Positions 14,936-17,635 of a DNA stretch of 17,635 bases are shown in pieces (position 1 is the stretch's first letter; each line of letters starts with the position of its first letter). The stretch covers positions 1-17,635 of the forward strand of contig JAYENL010000318.1 of the NCBI GenBank assembly GCA_034722055.1, read 5' to 3'. A program made the translations under genes and the position numbers. Source of the DNA: Armatimonadota bacterium. GTDB taxonomy: Bacteria > Armatimonadota > Zipacnadia > Zipacnadales > UBA5352. The notes under the pieces were generated by a model that saw only the letters and a list, made by a program, of their open reading frames with translations, ran no database searches and was not told where the DNA came from.

Positions 14936-16171
14936 ATGACCCCACAGGATTTGCTTGATCGCCTCCGCCGCATGTCCGTGAACCATGTGCTCGCCGATGC
15001 TGACTCAATACCGGTCCATCCGTGTGATCAGCACTGGCCCGCCGCTGTTCTTGCCGTCGCATGGGACGCCATCAGGCCGCAACATCACAGTGTCGTCGCC
15101 TACCAGATCGCGCGTCTTATGGACCTCTCCGGACACAGCTCTGACGCTCTCGCCTCACTCAGAGTCCTCTCTGAAGCGTTCCCTGGGATGAAGTGCATCG
15201 AGGATCGCGTCAGATGGCTCGAGCGTGAGACCCAATGGGCTTCTGAGGGCGTTCGTGATGTACCCCTCAGGTCAGCTTCCCCGGCACAACCCGTCGATCA
15301 AGCACCATTCGACGCCGTTCGCCCCCGGGCCGATAGATGCTCCATTATGAGGGACGCATACGAGCGGTTGCGATCGCCGGAGAACCTCTGGGCCGCTTGG
15401 GTCAAAGTGTCCGCAAACCGCGGCGCCCCTGGTGCTGACGGCATCAGCGTGGAGCAGTTCGCAGGCGAAGTCATCGATCACTTCCAGGCGATCGGACGCG
15501 AGTTGGCAGATGAAGCGTACACGTTTGGCCCACCGGTCCGCTTCACGGTTCAGAAGTCAAGCGGGGGAAGACGTGAACTCGTCGTTCCGTGCGTACGCGA
15601 CCGTGTTGTATTGACGACGGCCGCGCGCGTCCTCCAGGATCATCTGGATCCTCAGTTCTCTCCGTACAGCTTTGGGTATCGGCCAGGACGCTCAGTTGGC
15701 GATGCTCTACTCGCGGCAGAGCGTTTTATTCGTCAGGGAAGGCGTTGGATCGTGGACGCAGACATCAGCGCCTGCTTTGATAGCATCCACCACGCAATCC
15801 TGCTTGATGCTCTCTCAGCCGCAGTCGACGATCACAGGTTTCTGCGGTTCGTGTCTCAGGCACTGCAGGTGTTCGCGCCGCCGGACACGGAAGGTGTCGG
15901 AATCCCGCAGGGAAGCCCGCTATCGCCAGTGCTGTGCAATCTTTACCTCGACATCTTTGACAGTGCCGCCGCCCACGGCGGGTATCCGGTCGTCCGTTAC
16001 GCTGATGACTTCCTCCTGTTCGAGCGGTCGCGTCAGCAGGCATCCAGCGCGCTGAGATGGTGTACTCATCTCTTGAGTGAGCGGCTTCGGCTCAAGCTCA
16101 ACACACAGAAGACTCGGGTCGTAGGGCCCGGACAGCCTCTTCTGTTCTTGGGCGGGGAGCTAATCGTGTAG
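14936..16171 (+). CDS. CRISPR-associated reverse transcriptase (group II intron-like RT0-7, no maturase/thumb) with an N-terminal extension of about 137 aa containing a TPR-like motif
   Basis: RT motifs are AWVKVSANRGAPGADG (RT0), RELVVPCVRDRVV, SFGYRPGRS, WIVDADISACFDSI, GIPQGSPLSPVLCNLYL, VRYADDF (YADD at 15998-16009), LNTQKT and FLG, followed directly by the stop. The gene is immediately upstream of cas1. Confidence 0.93.
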   Translation: MTPQDLLDRLRRMSVNHVLADADSIPVHPCDQHWPAAVLAVAWDAIRPQHHSVVAYQIARLMDLSGHSSDALASLRVLSEAFPGMKCIEDRVRWLERETQWASEGVRDVPLRSASPAQPVDQAPFDAVRPRADRCSIMRDAYERLRSPENLWAAWVKVSANRGAPGADGISVEQFAGEVIDHFQAIGRELADEAYTFGPPVRFTVQKSSGGRRELVVPCVRDRVVLTTAARVLQDHLDPQFSPYSFGYRPGRSVGDALLAAERFIRQGRRWIVDADISACFDSIHHAILLDALSAAVDDHRFLRFVSQALQVFAPPDTEGVGIPQGSPLSPVLCNLYLDIFDSAAAHGGYPVVRYADDFLLFERSRQQASSALRWCTHLLSERLRLKLNTQKTRVVGPGQPLLFLGGELIV

Positions 16172-16186
16172 TGAGAAGCGGCAGCT

Positions 16187-17188
16187 ATGCTCAATGGATA
16201 TGTCGCCGAGCAAGGGGCTGTTGTCAAGCTGCGCGGAGAGCGCCTCCTAGTATCGCTCTCCGGAGCGCTCATCGACGAGTTGCGCATTGGTGAGCTGGGG
16301 ACACTGGTCATCATCGGTAATGTGACACTAACAACACCTGCAATCGCGGCGCTCCTCGAGAACCAGGTCCCTGTCGCATTCCTCTCCCTGGGCGGGCAAT
16401 TCAGGGGACGATTGGAGCCCCCGCTATCGACGTCCGTTGCCGTGCGACGCGCCCAGTTCCTGGCCCTAGAAGACGCCGATTTCGCGCTTGCGCTGGCACG
16501 ACAGAGCGTCGCCGCGAAGCTCCTGAACTGCAGAGCGTTGCTGCTCAGGTCTCGGCGCCGACGCCAGTTGCCCGAGGCAGGGGCAGCACCGACTGTGCTG
16601 CGCACATCCGCAGAGCTCGCCAGCCACGCGCGAAGCGTTGAAGAGGTGAGAGGCATCGAAGGCCGGGCTTCGGCGGCCTACTTCGAGGCATTCGGCGCTC
16701 TGTTGGCGGATCCATGGGAATTCAATGGGCGAAGTCGTCGGCCACCCCGTGACGAACCCAACGCGCTGCTCAGCCTGGGCTACACGCTACTGCTGACAAG
16801 AGTGATGGCCGGTGTTCAGATAGCTGGTCTGAACGCTGGCGCCGGCTTCCTGCACACTTCTCATCACGGCAGTCCCGCTCTTGCGCTCGATCTCATGGAA
16901 GAGTTCCGCTCCACCATCGTAGATCAGGTGGTACTGCAGGCCCTCAATGGCGGGATCGTGGCGCCTGAGCACTTCGAGACCACTGAGAAGCTGCCGCATG
17001 CGCTAACCCGCGCTGGCTTTGAACGCTTCGTTGGCGAGTTCGAGCGAAGATTGCAGGAGGGGTTCACCCCGAAGGGTCGCTCCACGCCGACATCCTATGG
17101 GGACTTTATCTGGAGCCAGGCATTGGCTCTGCGGCGAGCGTTCGAGAACCATGATCCGGATGAATACCAGCCGCATGTAAGGCGATGA
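16187..17188 (+). CDS. cas1: CRISPR-associated endonuclease/integrase Cas1
   Basis: Motifs are YVAEQGA, RGIEGRASAAYF, RRPPRDEPNALLSLGY, GFLH and LALDLMEEFR, so the catalytic E/H/D-E residues are present. Confidence 0.96.
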   Translation: MLNGYVAEQGAVVKLRGERLLVSLSGALIDELRIGELGTLVIIGNVTLTTPAIAALLENQVPVAFLSLGGQFRGRLEPPLSTSVAVRRAQFLALEDADFALALARQSVAAKLLNCRALLLRSRRRRQLPEAGAAPTVLRTSAELASHARSVEEVRGIEGRASAAYFEAFGALLADPWEFNGRSRRPPRDEPNALLSLGYTLLLTRVMAGVQIAGLNAGAGFLHTSHHGSPALALDLMEEFRSTIVDQVVLQALNGGIVAPEHFETTEKLPHALTRAGFERFVGEFERRLQEGFTPKGRSTPTSYGDFIWSQALALRRAFENHDPDEYQPHVRR

Positions 17189-17194
17189 AGGCCC

Positions 17195-17485
17195 ATGCGA
17201 GACGACAGATTCCTCTATGTTGTCGCTTATGATGTTCCGGATGATCGACGCAGAGCCAGGTTGGCGGCTTCGCTGCAGAACTTCATGCCACGCGTTCAGT
17301 ATAGCCTCTTCGAAGGGCCTCTGACCGACGTACTGATCAAGCGGGTGAGGCATCGCATTGATGAGATTTGTGACCCGCATGAGGATGCGGTGCGGATCTA
17401 TCGCCTCTGCTCCCAGTGCGAAGAGATGATTGAGGCAATCGGCGGCAAGCCGCCGCCCGATCGAGCCTCGTTCGTTATCATATGA
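17195..17485 (+). CDS. cas2: CRISPR-associated endoribonuclease Cas2
   Basis: The 96-aa protein has YVVAYDVPDDRRR, RVQYSLFEG and DAVRIYRLC..C, and follows cas1. Confidence 0.96.
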   Translation: MRDDRFLYVVAYDVPDDRRRARLAASLQNFMPRVQYSLFEGPLTDVLIKRVRHRIDEICDPHEDAVRIYRLCSQCEEMIEAIGGKPPPDRASFVII

Positions 17486-17507
17486 CCGCCCGCCCGCGCA
17501 CAGTCCT

Positions 17508-17576
17508 GGGGGGTGTGCAGAGGTGATTCTGGCCGTAGAGGGCTCTGGAGCGCGAATTCCAGGTTGCACACCCCCC
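17508..17576. repeat. 12-bp perfect inverted repeat (GGGGGGTGTGCA ... TGCACACCCCCC) in the probable CRISPR leader
   Basis: The arms are at 17508-17519 and 17565-17576 with a 45-bp spacer, in non-coding sequence after cas2. The leader role is inferred from position only. Confidence 0.7.
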
Positions 17577-17635
17577 CCTCGCCCCTGAAGGCCCAAAACA
17601 AGCTGAATCCACGGAGGCCAAGGGGCCCTTAGCCT

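Noticed and set aside
14936..16171. RT as a group II intron protein, retron RT or DGR RT
   Set aside because: There is no maturase domain or downstream domain V/VI RNA, no retron VTG motif, and RT4 reads PQGSPLSP rather than the DGR-type SQ motif. No template/variable repeat pair was noticed. The adjacency to cas1 explains the gene.
17486..17635. CRISPR repeat-spacer array
   Set aside because: No direct repeats of about 25-40 bp with regular spacing are seen here or elsewhere in the window. An array may start beyond the edge.

Overview
This GC-rich bacterial window has three parts. (1) Bases 1-119 are the 3' end of a group II intron, probably class IIC: the last codons of the intron-encoded protein plus RNA domains V and VI. 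It is inserted 9 bp beyond the stop codon of the leftward operon, on the opposite strand. (2) A minus-strand phospho-signalling and cell-wall operon at 129-6766 encodes a RodA/FtsW-transpeptidase fusion, a FhaA-like protein with two FHA domains, a membrane-anchored PP2C phosphatase, and an unusual cytoplasmic non-RD Ser/Thr kinase fused to TPRs, a zinc ribbon and a cold-shock domain. (3) A divergently transcribed type III-B CRISPR-Cas locus at 7120-17485 (cmr1-cas10/cmr2-cmr3-cmr4-cmr5-cmr6) is followed by an RNA-spacer-acquisition-type adaptation module: a stand-alone reverse transcriptase with a TPR-like N-terminal extension, cas1 and cas2. After cas2 is a probable leader with a 12-bp inverted repeat. 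No CRISPR array, cas6 or CARF/SAVED effector is visible in the window. The most interesting points are the TPR-RT in frame with cas1, the kinase-TPR-Zn-CSD architecture, and the head-to-head arrangement of the kinase/peptidoglycan operon with a signalling-competent Cas10 locus. All calls come from motif recognition by eye; no database searches were run.
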